A stretch of DNA of 64,000 nt from Clostridia bacterium (GTDB taxonomy: Bacteria > Bacillota > Clostridia > UBA1212): the NCBI GenBank assembly GCA_045544575.1, contig JAZPZG010000028.1, positions 20,565 to 84,564 of the forward strand, in the 5' to 3' direction. The notes under the pieces were generated by a model. That model ran no database searches, was not told the DNA's origin, and was given only the letters and a program-made list of their open reading frames with translations. Below are positions 8,881 through 17,650 of the stretch, one piece after another (position 1 is the stretch's first letter; each line of letters begins with the position of its first letter). A program made the position numbers and the translations under genes.

Positions 8881-9156
8881 CTAAGCCGCATTAACTGAGT
8901 CAAAAAGCACCGAAACAGCCTCTTTTACCGTTTTTGTTCCGCAAAGCAAGCGATGCACATCCACATTCAAGGCATTTGCAAACTGTAATATTTCAATGTC
9001 GCTCACGGCTCGCACACCGTTTTCAATTCTGCTTACGGTAATTCTGCTTATTGGATAGCCCTGTTTTGTAATTCGTTCTGCTAATTCGGTTTGTGACATT
9101 TTTCTCACACCCCACACAGCACATAGCCGTAGGATACGAATTTGTTTTCCGCACAT
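8881..9156 (-). CDS. XRE-family helix-turn-helix transcriptional regulator
   Basis: HTH_3-like MSQTELAERITKQGYPISRITVSRIENGVR. The start is placed at the internal ATG (9156) because AAGGGAG lies 6 nt upstream; the ORF track extends to 9201. Confidence 0.75.
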   Translation of the reverse strand: MCGKQIRILRLCAVWGVRKMSQTELAERITKQGYPISRITVSRIENGVRAVSDIEILQFANALNVDVHRLLCGTKTVKEAVSVLFDSVNAA

Positions 9157-9378
9157 GTTGCGCTCCCTTTTTAAGTAAACTGTTTTTTTGTTCTTTTTCA
9201 TAAAACTCCTCCTTAAATGTTTTTATCATAATTATTATAAAACGCACATATAATGAAAAGGTTTAAAATCAGAACAAATTAAAAATTTTTATAACCTTTT
9301 ATTTTCTTTACATTAAGCTTTTTTTTGTATAAAATAAATTAAAACGTTACCGCTGCTGTGGTAAGGGAGGATAAATAT

Positions 9379-10989
9379 ATGCGTTCTGCAAAAAAGTTTT
9401 CGATTGTTTTAATATTTTTTATGGTTACCGCTATACTTTTAACGTTTTTTACGCCTGCTGTATCAAACGCCGCAGAGCTTGTTATTGTCCTTGATCCTGG
9501 ACACGGCGGCGGAGATCCCGGTGCAATAAATACGGTTGACGGTATAAACTACGAAGAAAAAGTTTTAAACTTGAAAATTGCACAGGCTACAAAAGCCTAC
9601 CTTGAGCAATTCGAGGGCGTAAAGGTCTGCATGACGCGCGAAAATAACGAAACAGAGCTTACCTTGGCACAAAGAGTATCTCTTGCCAACAAAAAGGGAG
9701 CTCATGTGCTTGTGAGTATACATAACAATTCTTCATCATCTTCCTCCGCAAGAGGAACCCTGGTTTTAGTGGCAAACAGTGATTATCGACCCGAAATTAC
9801 AACCGCTACTAAGAAACTCGGACAAAACATCTTGTCGCGCTTGACTCAAACCGGCCTTGAAGACAGGGGGCTTGTTGCTCAGCTTGCGACGTCGGGCAGT
9901 TACGTGGTTTATTATCCGGACGGTTCACCGCAGGATTATTACGGTATCATACAAAGAAGTATTCGAGCAGGTTTTCCGGGAATCATCATAGAGACCGCTT
10001 TTATAAGTAATCCTGATGACGTTCGCGATTTTTTGAGTACTGACGAAAAAATTGAAAACCTTGGCACCGCTGTCGGCAAGGGCATTGCAGATTACTACGG
10101 ACTTTCCGCGGATACAGTATACGATACGCCCGCCCGTACCCCCATTGATGGAAAAAACCTATCTTTTAACGACAAGGCGGAGGCAGAACCGATATTCGCA
10201 CTCGGCGATACAGTTAAAACAACAGAAAACGGCTGTGTCACGCTGTCTTCAAAAAGCAGTGCTCCCGCCGCACTTATTGATTACATGGGAATGTCTCTCA
10301 ATGCCAAGGAAAATATGTGTGCAGTCATAAGAGCAAAGTCATCGTATAAAGACGCATTGCTGTCAATTTTCTGCGGTTCTGATTTAATCGTAACTGCCGA
10401 TGAATATTATTGCCTTGCAGAAAGAATGCAAGAAGACTATCAATATTATCTTTTGGATTTTTCGAAATTACCGGGATGGGATATGGGAGTCAATCTGTTA
10501 CAGATTAATGTGAAAGGCGCAGAAACAATTACCATTGACAGTATCGAGTTTTTCTCCGACAAAAGTGCCGTTCCGTACAGCAAGCTTGTAACTCTTTCAA
10601 CTACCGATACCGATACTTCGGTTAACGTAACACCGAGCCCTGCACCTACAACAGCACCGACAGTAGCTCCTACGGCAGTACCTACGCCTACAGCGACACC
10701 TACAACAGCTCCTACGGCAGTGCCTTCTCCCGCAACAGCTACGCCGGAAGACCAAGAAACCACTCTTGCTACGGAAGCACCTGCTTCTCCTGACAACACA
10801 GTTCTGTTAACAGAGGCTCCAAAAGCAACCGCACCGGCTGCAAATACAAACAGCGGCTCATCAAATAATGATTCAGCCGCTGATAAAAGCAATACAAAAA
10901 TAGTTGTTGTTTCAGTTATTGCCGTAATTTTAGTCGTTGCAATTGCAATTTTCCTTACGTACACCGCTTTGAAAGCACGACAACAATAA
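9379..10989 (+). CDS. N-acetylmuramoyl-L-alanine amidase (Amidase_3) with unknown middle domain, Pro/Thr-rich linker and C-terminal TM anchor
   Basis: Motifs VLDPGHGGGDPGA, SIHNNS and ETAFISNP. N-terminal signal/TM segment. PT-rich stretch TPSPAPTTAPTVAPTAVPTPTATPTTAPTAVPSP. Terminal hydrophobic helix VVVSVIAVILVVAIAIFL. The ATG at 9379 follows AAGGGAGG. Confidence 0.85.
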   Translation: MRSAKKFSIVLIFFMVTAILLTFFTPAVSNAAELVIVLDPGHGGGDPGAINTVDGINYEEKVLNLKIAQATKAYLEQFEGVKVCMTRENNETELTLAQRVSLANKKGAHVLVSIHNNSSSSSSARGTLVLVANSDYRPEITTATKKLGQNILSRLTQTGLEDRGLVAQLATSGSYVVYYPDGSPQDYYGIIQRSIRAGFPGIIIETAFISNPDDVRDFLSTDEKIENLGTAVGKGIADYYGLSADTVYDTPARTPIDGKNLSFNDKAEAEPIFALGDTVKTTENGCVTLSSKSSAPAALIDYMGMSLNAKENMCAVIRAKSSYKDALLSIFCGSDLIVTADEYYCLAERMQEDYQYYLLDFSKLPGWDMGVNLLQINVKGAETITIDSIEFFSDKSAVPYSKLVTLSTTDTDTSVNVTPSPAPTTAPTVAPTAVPTPTATPTTAPTAVPSPATATPEDQETTLATEAPASPDNTVLLTEAPKATAPAANTNSGSSNNDSAADKSNTKIVVVSVIAVILVVAIAIFLTYTALKARQQ

Positions 10990-10999
10990 TATAACACAA

Positions 11000-12058
11000 T
11001 CAATCGTTTTGTGTTTTTTCTTCTTTTTCAATAGGCCGGGCGGAACTTGATTCCGACTCGGTCTCTTTTATACCCGTATCTTCTGCATCAGAACGCTGCT
11101 CCTCGACGGATTCACCGGAATTTCTTTCCTTAAAGCTCTTTTCATTCTGCTTTTTGCGTTCTGCATCCGCTGCAGCCTTTGCCAGACGTTTCTGCTCTCT
11201 CTCCTCGGCGGCCAATCTACGCTTCTCCTGAAAAGCCTGTGCTTCCTCTGCAGTCATTACTTTAACTTCGGAGACAGGAAAAACACTTATATCGGTTTCA
11301 TTTTCCTGTTCGAATTTTACCGATACGGTTTCTCTTAACAAATTATTAGCCACAACACAGCCGTCACCGTTCTCAGTCTTCACAAAAGCACCGACGGGCG
11401 GCACTATCTTCATAGCACTTTCATATGCTTCCTGCTCATATTTAAGGCAACATAAAAGCTTTCCGCAGTTTCCCGAAATCTTGGTGGGATTAAGTGACAA
11501 GCCCTGTTCTTTAGCCATTTTAATAGATACCGGCTGAAATGCCCCCATACATGATGAGCAACAAAACTCTCTGCCGCAAATACCCAAACCGCCTATTAAC
11601 CTCGCATGGTCTCTGATTCCTACCTGGCGAAGCTCTATCCTTGTTTTGAAGGTAGCCGCTAAGTCCTTGACCAAATCCCTGAAATCTATCCTGTTTTCCG
11701 AGACAAAATAAAATAGAACCTTACTTCTGTCAAAGGTATATTCCACGTCAATCAGTTTCATATCAAGCCCGTGTGTCCTGATTTTTTCTGCACACACCGT
11801 AAAAGCCTCTTTTGCCTTTGTGACGTTGTCGCAGTGATTTGCAATATCCTCGTCGGTTGCAACACGAATCACCTCGCGAACAGGCGCTATTGACTCTTCA
11901 TCCTCTATATCTTTACTTTCTACAACAACCTCTCCGAATTCAATGCCTCTGGCCGTTTCAACAATAACGAAATCTCCTGATTCTAATTCGTGTCCGTTTG
12001 GCAAAAAGTAATATATTTTTCCTGCAGGCTTAAATCTGACACCTATAACAGTTATCAT
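11000..12058 (-). CDS. ricT: PSP1-domain protein YaaT/RicT (stage 0 sporulation / RNase Y regulatory complex subunit) with long charged C-terminal tail
   Basis: PSP1-like core (VIGVRFKPAGKIYYF...GICGREFCCSS...GNCGKLLCCLKYE). Conserved holB-yaaT synteny. The start is placed at MITVIG (12058). Confidence 0.85.
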   Translation of the reverse strand: MITVIGVRFKPAGKIYYFLPNGHELESGDFVIVETARGIEFGEVVVESKDIEDEESIAPVREVIRVATDEDIANHCDNVTKAKEAFTVCAEKIRTHGLDMKLIDVEYTFDRSKVLFYFVSENRIDFRDLVKDLAATFKTRIELRQVGIRDHARLIGGLGICGREFCCSSCMGAFQPVSIKMAKEQGLSLNPTKISGNCGKLLCCLKYEQEAYESAMKIVPPVGAFVKTENGDGCVVANNLLRETVSVKFEQENETDISVFPVSEVKVMTAEEAQAFQEKRRLAAEEREQKRLAKAAADAERKKQNEKSFKERNSGESVEEQRSDAEDTGIKETESESSSARPIEKEEKTQND

Positions 12059-12075
12059 AAAATCTCCTTTCAATA

Positions 12076-13080
12076 TCAGCTCTCTCGGAGCTGTATTAAC
12101 ATATGGTCTATTGTAATATCAGGCGCTGAATTTCGCCTCAAATTTTTATAGCATGCATCTACTATTTTTAAGCATTTTACCGCACGGTAATATCCTATAT
12201 CATGCCCCAGTGTGTTTATTTCGTCACGGTAATCCGGATTCTGCAGCTCGGCACGCCGCCCGAACCTTGCCGTTATCATTGCATCTCTTAAGAAAGACAT
12301 CATGGAAAACAAGGCAAATTCGTAATTAGCGCCTTTTGCTCCCATAATCTCCGCCATTTTTATTTTTGCTTCAATATCTCCCCGAAGCAAGCCCGAAAGA
12401 GTGCTTATAATATTTTTACGCTTCTCGTCCAAAACGTCGCTTTCCAAAAAATCATTGACTCTGCCCATGATACCGTCCGCATATGAACAAAGAAGCTCTT
12501 TTTTTCCTTCGTCCGGACGCTTATATGCTTGAATACATAATTGCTCGTAGCGTTCCTTTATCTCCTCATCGGTATTTCTGGAAAAATCAATTCGTATTAC
12601 ACGGGAACGTATTGTCCCCAACATAGACAAAATATTACCGCACATAAGCATTATCATAGCATACGGCGGAGGCTCTTCCAGAATTTTAAGCAAAGCATTC
12701 TGAGCCTGCTCAGTCATTTTTTCTGCGTCCTCGATAACGTAAACCTTACGTTTTCCGAACACGGGAGCAGTGACGATATCCTCCCTGAGATCACGCACAG
12801 CCTCGACGCTTACGGTGTTTTTTCCTTCCGCACAACCTATAGCTTTAAAATCAGGATTGGTAGCGTTGTCCATAAGAACACAACATTCGCAAATACCGCA
12901 ATACCTTCCGTTCTCAGAAGACGGGCACATAACCAGCTTTGCAAACTCTTTCGCAAAAGTTTTCTTTCCAATCCCTGCAGGGCCGTTAAACAAATAGGCA
13001 TGACCAACCTTGCCGGAAACAAACATCTCCGTCAAGGCAGACTTCACTCTGTTTTGTCCGATTAACCCTTCAAATGCCAT
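12076..13080 (-). CDS. holB: DNA polymerase III subunit delta prime
   Basis: GHAYLFNGPAGIGKKTFA P-loop, Cys cluster CGICECC, VYVIEDAEKM, and SRVIRIDF sensor. The start is placed at MAFEGLIGQ (13080), directly after the malic enzyme stop; the 5' extension to 13185 would overlap that gene. Confidence 0.85.
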   Translation of the reverse strand: MAFEGLIGQNRVKSALTEMFVSGKVGHAYLFNGPAGIGKKTFAKEFAKLVMCPSSENGRYCGICECCVLMDNATNPDFKAIGCAEGKNTVSVEAVRDLREDIVTAPVFGKRKVYVIEDAEKMTEQAQNALLKILEEPPPYAMIMLMCGNILSMLGTIRSRVIRIDFSRNTDEEIKERYEQLCIQAYKRPDEGKKELLCSYADGIMGRVNDFLESDVLDEKRKNIISTLSGLLRGDIEAKIKMAEIMGAKGANYEFALFSMMSFLRDAMITARFGRRAELQNPDYRDEINTLGHDIGYYRAVKCLKIVDACYKNLRRNSAPDITIDHMLIQLRES

Positions 13081-13081
13081 G

Positions 13082-14254
13082 TTAAATTCTTGCAACTCCC
13101 GTCTTTCTCGCTGCTTTTGCAACAGCATCTGCAACAGCTCCGGCCACCCTTTCGTCAAACGGAGAGGGAATAATATAGTCTGCACTAAGCTCTTCCCTCG
13201 AAATTAATGAGGCAATTGCATTTGCAGCAGCCAGCTTCATTTCATCATTTATGTCACTTGCCCTAACGTCAAGAGCTCCGCGAAAAATTCCCGGGAAAGC
13301 AAGCACATTATTGATTTGATTCGGATAATCGCTACGGCCCGTTCCCATAACAGCAACGCCCGCCTTTTGTGCAACGTCGGGCATAATTTCGGGAATAGGA
13401 TTCGCCATAGCAAAAACAATAGGATTCGGCGCCATTTGTGCCACGTACTCAGGCTTAAGCACGTTTGCTGCAGAAACTCCGATAAACACGTCTGCATCTT
13501 TCAGCACACCGTCTGATAACGTGCCCATAACCCGTTCTCTGTTTGTTATTAAGGCAAGCTTCTGTTTTTCTTCGTTAAGATTTGCCCTGCCTTCATATAT
13601 AGCCCCGCTTCGGTCACATAAAACGACGTTTTTAAGGCCGCTTTTCATAAGAAGCTTTGCGATTGCAACACCTGCCGCACCGCTTCCGTTAATAACAGCT
13701 CTGACATCGCATAAGCGCTTATCCAAAAGTCTCAACGCATTCTTCAGAGCCGCCAGAACTACAACCGCAGTTCCGTGCTGGTCGTCATGAAAAATCGGAA
13801 TGTCACAGCACTCTTTAAGCTTTTCCTCTATTTCGAAGCAACGCGGAGCTGAAATATCCTCGAGATTCACACCCCCGAAACTTCCCGCAATAAGCGAAAC
13901 GGTTCTTACAATTTCGTCAACATCCTTTGACTTTATACAAAGCGGAATAGCATCCACATCGCCGAACGCCTTAAACAGAGCTGCTTTTCCCTCCATTACG
14001 GGCATACCTGCAACGGGACCGATATCTCCTAAGCCCAAAACGGCAGTGCCGTCTGTAACTACGGCAACAGTATTCCATCGTCTTGTATACTCATAAGACA
14101 GACTTTCGTCATTTTTTATCTCCAAGCAAGGCTCTGCAACACCCGGAGTATATGCAACCGCCAAGTCTTCCTTGGTTCCTACCGGAGCTCTGGGAACAAC
14201 TTCGATTTTTCCTTTCCATTCTCTGTGTTTTTTTATAGCAATGCTCTCTTCCAT
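13082..14254 (-). CDS. NAD(P)-dependent malic enzyme (short, MaeB N-domain type)
   Basis: 390 aa. Motifs VVTDGTAVLGLGDIGP, FGGVNLEDI, IFHDDQHGTAVV and NGSGAAGVA. Confidence 0.9.
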   Translation of the reverse strand: MEESIAIKKHREWKGKIEVVPRAPVGTKEDLAVAYTPGVAEPCLEIKNDESLSYEYTRRWNTVAVVTDGTAVLGLGDIGPVAGMPVMEGKAALFKAFGDVDAIPLCIKSKDVDEIVRTVSLIAGSFGGVNLEDISAPRCFEIEEKLKECCDIPIFHDDQHGTAVVVLAALKNALRLLDKRLCDVRAVINGSGAAGVAIAKLLMKSGLKNVVLCDRSGAIYEGRANLNEEKQKLALITNRERVMGTLSDGVLKDADVFIGVSAANVLKPEYVAQMAPNPIVFAMANPIPEIMPDVAQKAGVAVMGTGRSDYPNQINNVLAFPGIFRGALDVRASDINDEMKLAAANAIASLISREELSADYIIPSPFDERVAGAVADAVAKAARKTGVARI

Positions 14255-14306
14255 AAAAAAGCCTCCAAATCAAATTAGACACGCGGCAAAGCTGTTATAC
14301 AAGTCT

Positions 14307-14882
14307 TTACATACCGATCTTGAGTGCAGAAATCTCCTTTATCTCAAGCTCAATTTCTTTTTCAATACGACCTATATCCCGTATAATATCCTCTCGAGTC
14401 TCCTCGACTTTAATATTTGCGGCAGAACGAGGTTTTGCGCCGTCACGTTGGAAATTGCGGGGAGCCTTTGAATTTCTCTGCTGAGTATGAAAACCCTCTT
14501 TCTCTCCTGCTGTATTCTCGTGAAGCTGCGTGGGTTTAGTAGCATGCTCCTTATGTGCTTGGTTCTTTTTCACAACGTTATTTTGTGCAGAACCTTCAGA
14601 AGTATTATTTTGAGACTGAATACTGCGCTTCACGGGAACGTCAGCAATGTTCTTCCCGCTCTCACGCTGTGCAAAATTCTCCTTATTTGCGTGTCCACTC
14701 TCGTTTCTTTCACGGTGATAGTTATTTCTCGAATGGTGACCGTTACCTCTGTGACCTCCGTGAAAATTCTTGCCACCCTTGTGTTCTCTGTTTTCAGTAC
14801 GATTCTCTGAATTTTTGTTTGATTGCGGAGCTTTCGGTGCGCTCACACTCTGTTTTTCTGTTTTGTCAATCTGCTCTGACAT
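14307..14882 (-). CDS. Hypothetical low-complexity basic protein (His/Asn/Arg/Gly-rich) with a short conserved-looking helical C-terminus
   Basis: 191 aa. GGAGG RBS 5 nt upstream of the ATG. Composition GGKNFHGGHRGNGHHSRNNYHRERNESGH. C-terminus EDIIRDIGRIEKEIELEIKEISALKIGM. No family recognised. Confidence 0.5.
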   Translation of the reverse strand: MSEQIDKTEKQSVSAPKAPQSNKNSENRTENREHKGGKNFHGGHRGNGHHSRNNYHRERNESGHANKENFAQRESGKNIADVPVKRSIQSQNNTSEGSAQNNVVKKNQAHKEHATKPTQLHENTAGEKEGFHTQQRNSKAPRNFQRDGAKPRSAANIKVEETREDIIRDIGRIEKEIELEIKEISALKIGM

Positions 14883-14922
14883 TTAAACCTCCAATGTTTC
14901 ACACATATATAGTAAATTATAA

Positions 14923-15555
14923 TCAATTTCCCGGAATAACGATTTTTTCGTTTGTTTTTAAATCGATAAATACTAAATCGGTACCCACTCTTATCTTTTT
15001 CATGAGACCTCTCTTGCACAACGATTCACAACAACAGCGAAGTGCATAAAAGCGTATATTCCCGTACCGTTCGCAAAAACTCTCAAAGGCCCTCTCTTCA
15101 TAAAAAGATTCTGAGTTCTGATACATAACCGGCGTATCTCTCCGGGAATCATATTCAGCCACCATGCCCGGCAAAAGTGACACGGTAATAGGACACTCCG
15201 GCTTAGCATAGCTGCCCAATCTGTAGTTTTCAAGAAGAATCATAGACTCGGAGTATAGATCCTTATACTTTAATTTAAGAGTTGAAACCGTATCTCCATC
15301 CGTCTCTCCCGGCACAGAAAAAGCACCTCTGTATGCACCCTCTGCTACATAAGTCAAAGCAGTATCCACCTCCAAAGCAATGATTGAATGTGTGTGACTG
15401 TTAAACTTTATGTCGCTCGGTACAAGAGAAGCAAATATACATTTGGACCCACGACCGCCAATCATGACTTCGTCTTCTGCAAAGTCTTTTATATTAAGAC
15501 CGCAGGAGACAACCTTTTTTACTCGCGCAGTTGGGATACTGTAATATACCTTCAT
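14923..15555 (-). CDS. Hypothetical protein, no recognisable family
   Basis: 210 aa ORF with a GGAG upstream. A candidate promoter TTGTAA-17-TATAAT lies on the minus strand at 15627-15599, in the gap after the kinase gene. Confidence 0.5.
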   Translation of the reverse strand: MKVYYSIPTARVKKVVSCGLNIKDFAEDEVMIGGRGSKCIFASLVPSDIKFNSHTHSIIALEVDTALTYVAEGAYRGAFSVPGETDGDTVSTLKLKYKDLYSESMILLENYRLGSYAKPECPITVSLLPGMVAEYDSRRDTPVMYQNSESFYEERAFESFCERYGNIRFYALRCCCESLCKRGLMKKIRVGTDLVFIDLKTNEKIVIPGN

Positions 15556-15644
15556 AAAATCCGCTCCGCATATGCTATTTTAAAATCTAACATATTTCAT
15601 TATACAGTATTGAAAAAATTTTTACAAGTTTTATACTGATTTTT

Positions 15645-17339
15645 TTAAGCCGACTTTACATCTCCGAAAATCAAGTTGTTTATAATTCCGCCATACTGTG
15701 CTTTTAACCAAGGTGCAACGTATTCACAATAAAAAGAGCCCTTGGTATTTTTTACACTTCTCCTTCTGTCATCTTTGCCCACCGTGCCCAAATAAATACT
15801 TTCTCCTAAGGAAGAAACCATAAGCTCATGTTCTACGCTTTCATTTTTTTCATAGTCCCATCCCACGTATCTGAGCTTGGACAACGGAATTGAATTTTCG
15901 GAAAGAAAAGACTTAAAAAATTTTTGTATTGTGACTAAAGAATCAATGTCTGAAAAAACAGGCACCGTTATGTAATCACTTATCCGCATCAGAGCAAGCT
16001 TTTTCTTCATATCAATACAGAAATCACCCAAGAAAACGGTTATATCAAACGTACTGTAACACCACGCAGAAATGTACCGCAAATCATCCTCATCAGCCTC
16101 CAATTCATCTATAATGTTACAGTCTGACATATATAAGTTATTCAAACCTGTACATCTACTCAGCAATCCGTTTTCACACCACGTTGACACGTCTGCCGAA
16201 AGCAACTCGTTTAAATTAAAAACAGCCTGTCTTTGAGGATGAACCGCCGCATCTGCCACTACCGTTTCCTTCTCGGTTAAAATTTCCGCAGAACAAGCTT
16301 CTTCCTCCGCAAACAAATAATGACGAAGTCGTTCCGGATAATATTTGTTCAGATCAAAAATTGCTGTTTTCAGCCCGAAAATTTTTGCAGACATGTACGC
16401 AAGCTCCGAGGCAAATGCCGCGTTTTCCGGAATATAAAGAATCACCCGACGGTATCCTATCATATTCTTCGGAAATGCTAAAACCTTTGCAGGATGACTT
16501 TGTTTGTGTAAAACTTCTTTTTCTTCTTCGTAAACCTCTGCGTAACTTATTTTTTTCGCATTTACCGTCATGTTCTCAACTTCAAAAACATTAAATTTTT
16601 CCTGATTTCTCTCTTTTAAATCTAAAAGTGTGTGCAAAACGGCTTCTGCCTCAGCTGCAGTTTGAATTCTTAACTCCCTATCATGACAAATGCATTTTTT
16701 ACAAAATTCCGCAATCGTTCCCTTAAGCGTACCGAGCAGCGCTGTCCGCGGAGCTCCTGCTGCCAAAAACAAAGCTGTCATACCCAAGGAATATACGTCT
16801 GCACTGTACGTAATTTCTCCATGGTATATTTCGGGAGCGCTGTATGCCTTGCTTGCAAAATGAACTGTTTTTGATTCACCGTATCCGAAAGCTTCACTGC
16901 CGCTTGACGCCTTTTTTGCCGACTCAAAATCTATAAGAAAAACAGCTTCACCGTCTGTAATTATATTTTCAGGCTTTAAGTCACAAAACACAAGTCCGGT
17001 TTTTTCATAGAAATTCTGTAATGCCCTGCAAATTTTTATAAGCAGTTCGATAATACTCGTATCATTCGGTTCTCCCCCGAAAAGATAATATTCACTCAAA
17101 GGACTGCCTTCTATCCATTTATGAATCAAGTACGTATACCCATCCTCGGAGCAAGTAGAAATAAAAAGCTCTGAATACAACGTCTTCCATACAAAAATCT
17201 CATTTTCCGCCTCCGCACAATCTGCTTCCCAACGTTTTAACGCAACTTCTGTACCGGTGTATTTATCCCTCGCTTTAATTACGTTCGTACCTTTAAATTC
17301 ACTATCAGAAACATACTGATGCTTACAGTAAAAACCCAT
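15645..17339 (-). CDS. Hanks-type Ser/Thr protein kinase fused to an uncharacterised C-terminal domain (ParA/MinD-like topology without a P-loop, inferred)
   Basis: Kinase motifs VALKRW (catalytic Lys), CDLKPENII (catalytic loop), IDFESAK (DFG-equivalent) and YSAPEIY (APE). The start is placed at the ATG at 17339, 7 nt after AAAGGGGAG; the track starts at a TTG at 17369. Confidence 0.75.
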   Translation of the reverse strand: MGFYCKHQYVSDSEFKGTNVIKARDKYTGTEVALKRWEADCAEAENEIFVWKTLYSELFISTCSEDGYTYLIHKWIEGSPLSEYYLFGGEPNDTSIIELLIKICRALQNFYEKTGLVFCDLKPENIITDGEAVFLIDFESAKKASSGSEAFGYGESKTVHFASKAYSAPEIYHGEITYSADVYSLGMTALFLAAGAPRTALLGTLKGTIAEFCKKCICHDRELRIQTAAEAEAVLHTLLDLKERNQEKFNVFEVENMTVNAKKISYAEVYEEEKEVLHKQSHPAKVLAFPKNMIGYRRVILYIPENAAFASELAYMSAKIFGLKTAIFDLNKYYPERLRHYLFAEEEACSAEILTEKETVVADAAVHPQRQAVFNLNELLSADVSTWCENGLLSRCTGLNNLYMSDCNIIDELEADEDDLRYISAWCYSTFDITVFLGDFCIDMKKKLALMRISDYITVPVFSDIDSLVTIQKFFKSFLSENSIPLSKLRYVGWDYEKNESVEHELMVSSLGESIYLGTVGKDDRRRSVKNTKGSFYCEYVAPWLKAQYGGIINNLIFGDVKSA

Positions 17340-17495
17340 ACGCCAACTCCCCTTTGGTTTTGTATCCAAATGTTAAACCGCACAATTTAATTTGTCCAGC
17401 AAATTTGTGTTTTTTCTTTGTTCACCCTATGAACGGTATTTTATTTTTCCTTATAGGAATCGCATTTTTATAGCGTTAAATAATTTAAAATTTTT

Positions 17496-17532
17496 AAAAA
17501 AATTTCCCGAAATCCATTCTCGTTCGGGAAAT
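17496..17532 (-). terminator. Orphan terminator-like hairpin in the kinase/metF divergent intergenic region
   Basis: ATTTCCCGAA (17502-17511) pairs with TTCGGGAAAT (17523-17532). A T-run follows only on the minus strand (17501-17496). No upstream minus-strand gene exists for it to terminate. Confidence 0.3.
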
Positions 17533-17575
17533 AATGTAACCGATTTTGCACAAGTACTGAATTGCCCCCCGCTAC

Positions 17576-17604
17576 TTGAAAAAAATTGAATAATGGTTTA
17601 TAAT
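17576..17604 (+). promoter_or_regulatory. Near-consensus sigma-A promoter for metF-metH (TTGAAA-17-TATAAT)
   Basis: TTGAAA at 17576-17581, 17-nt spacer, TATAAT at 17599-17604, about 45 nt upstream of the metF ATG. Confidence 0.5.
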
Positions 17605-17650
17605 AACGTTAAATCAGCACTTTAGCATGCAAAACGGAGGGTGATTTTAT

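Noticed and set aside
10446-11003. 185-aa minus-strand ORF with Ala/Val/Gly repeats
   Set aside because: It is the antisense reading of the Pro/Thr/Ala linker and TM anchor of the amidase gene, so it is an artefact of the repeat composition.
13081-13185. 5' extensions of track ORFs (holB to 13185, spoIIE to 55839, cytidylate-kinase-like gene from 36324, kinase to 17369, membrane protein to 60574, regulator to 9201)
   Set aside because: In each case an internal start codon has a proper Shine-Dalgarno sequence and matches the family N-terminus. The extension overlaps a neighbouring gene or has no RBS.
17370-17650. Searched for a SAM riboswitch or Met T-box upstream of metF-metH
   Set aside because: No SAM-I/SAM-II core or T-box (GGTGGTACCGCG-like) sequence is visible. 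Only a near-consensus promoter and an orphan hairpin are present.
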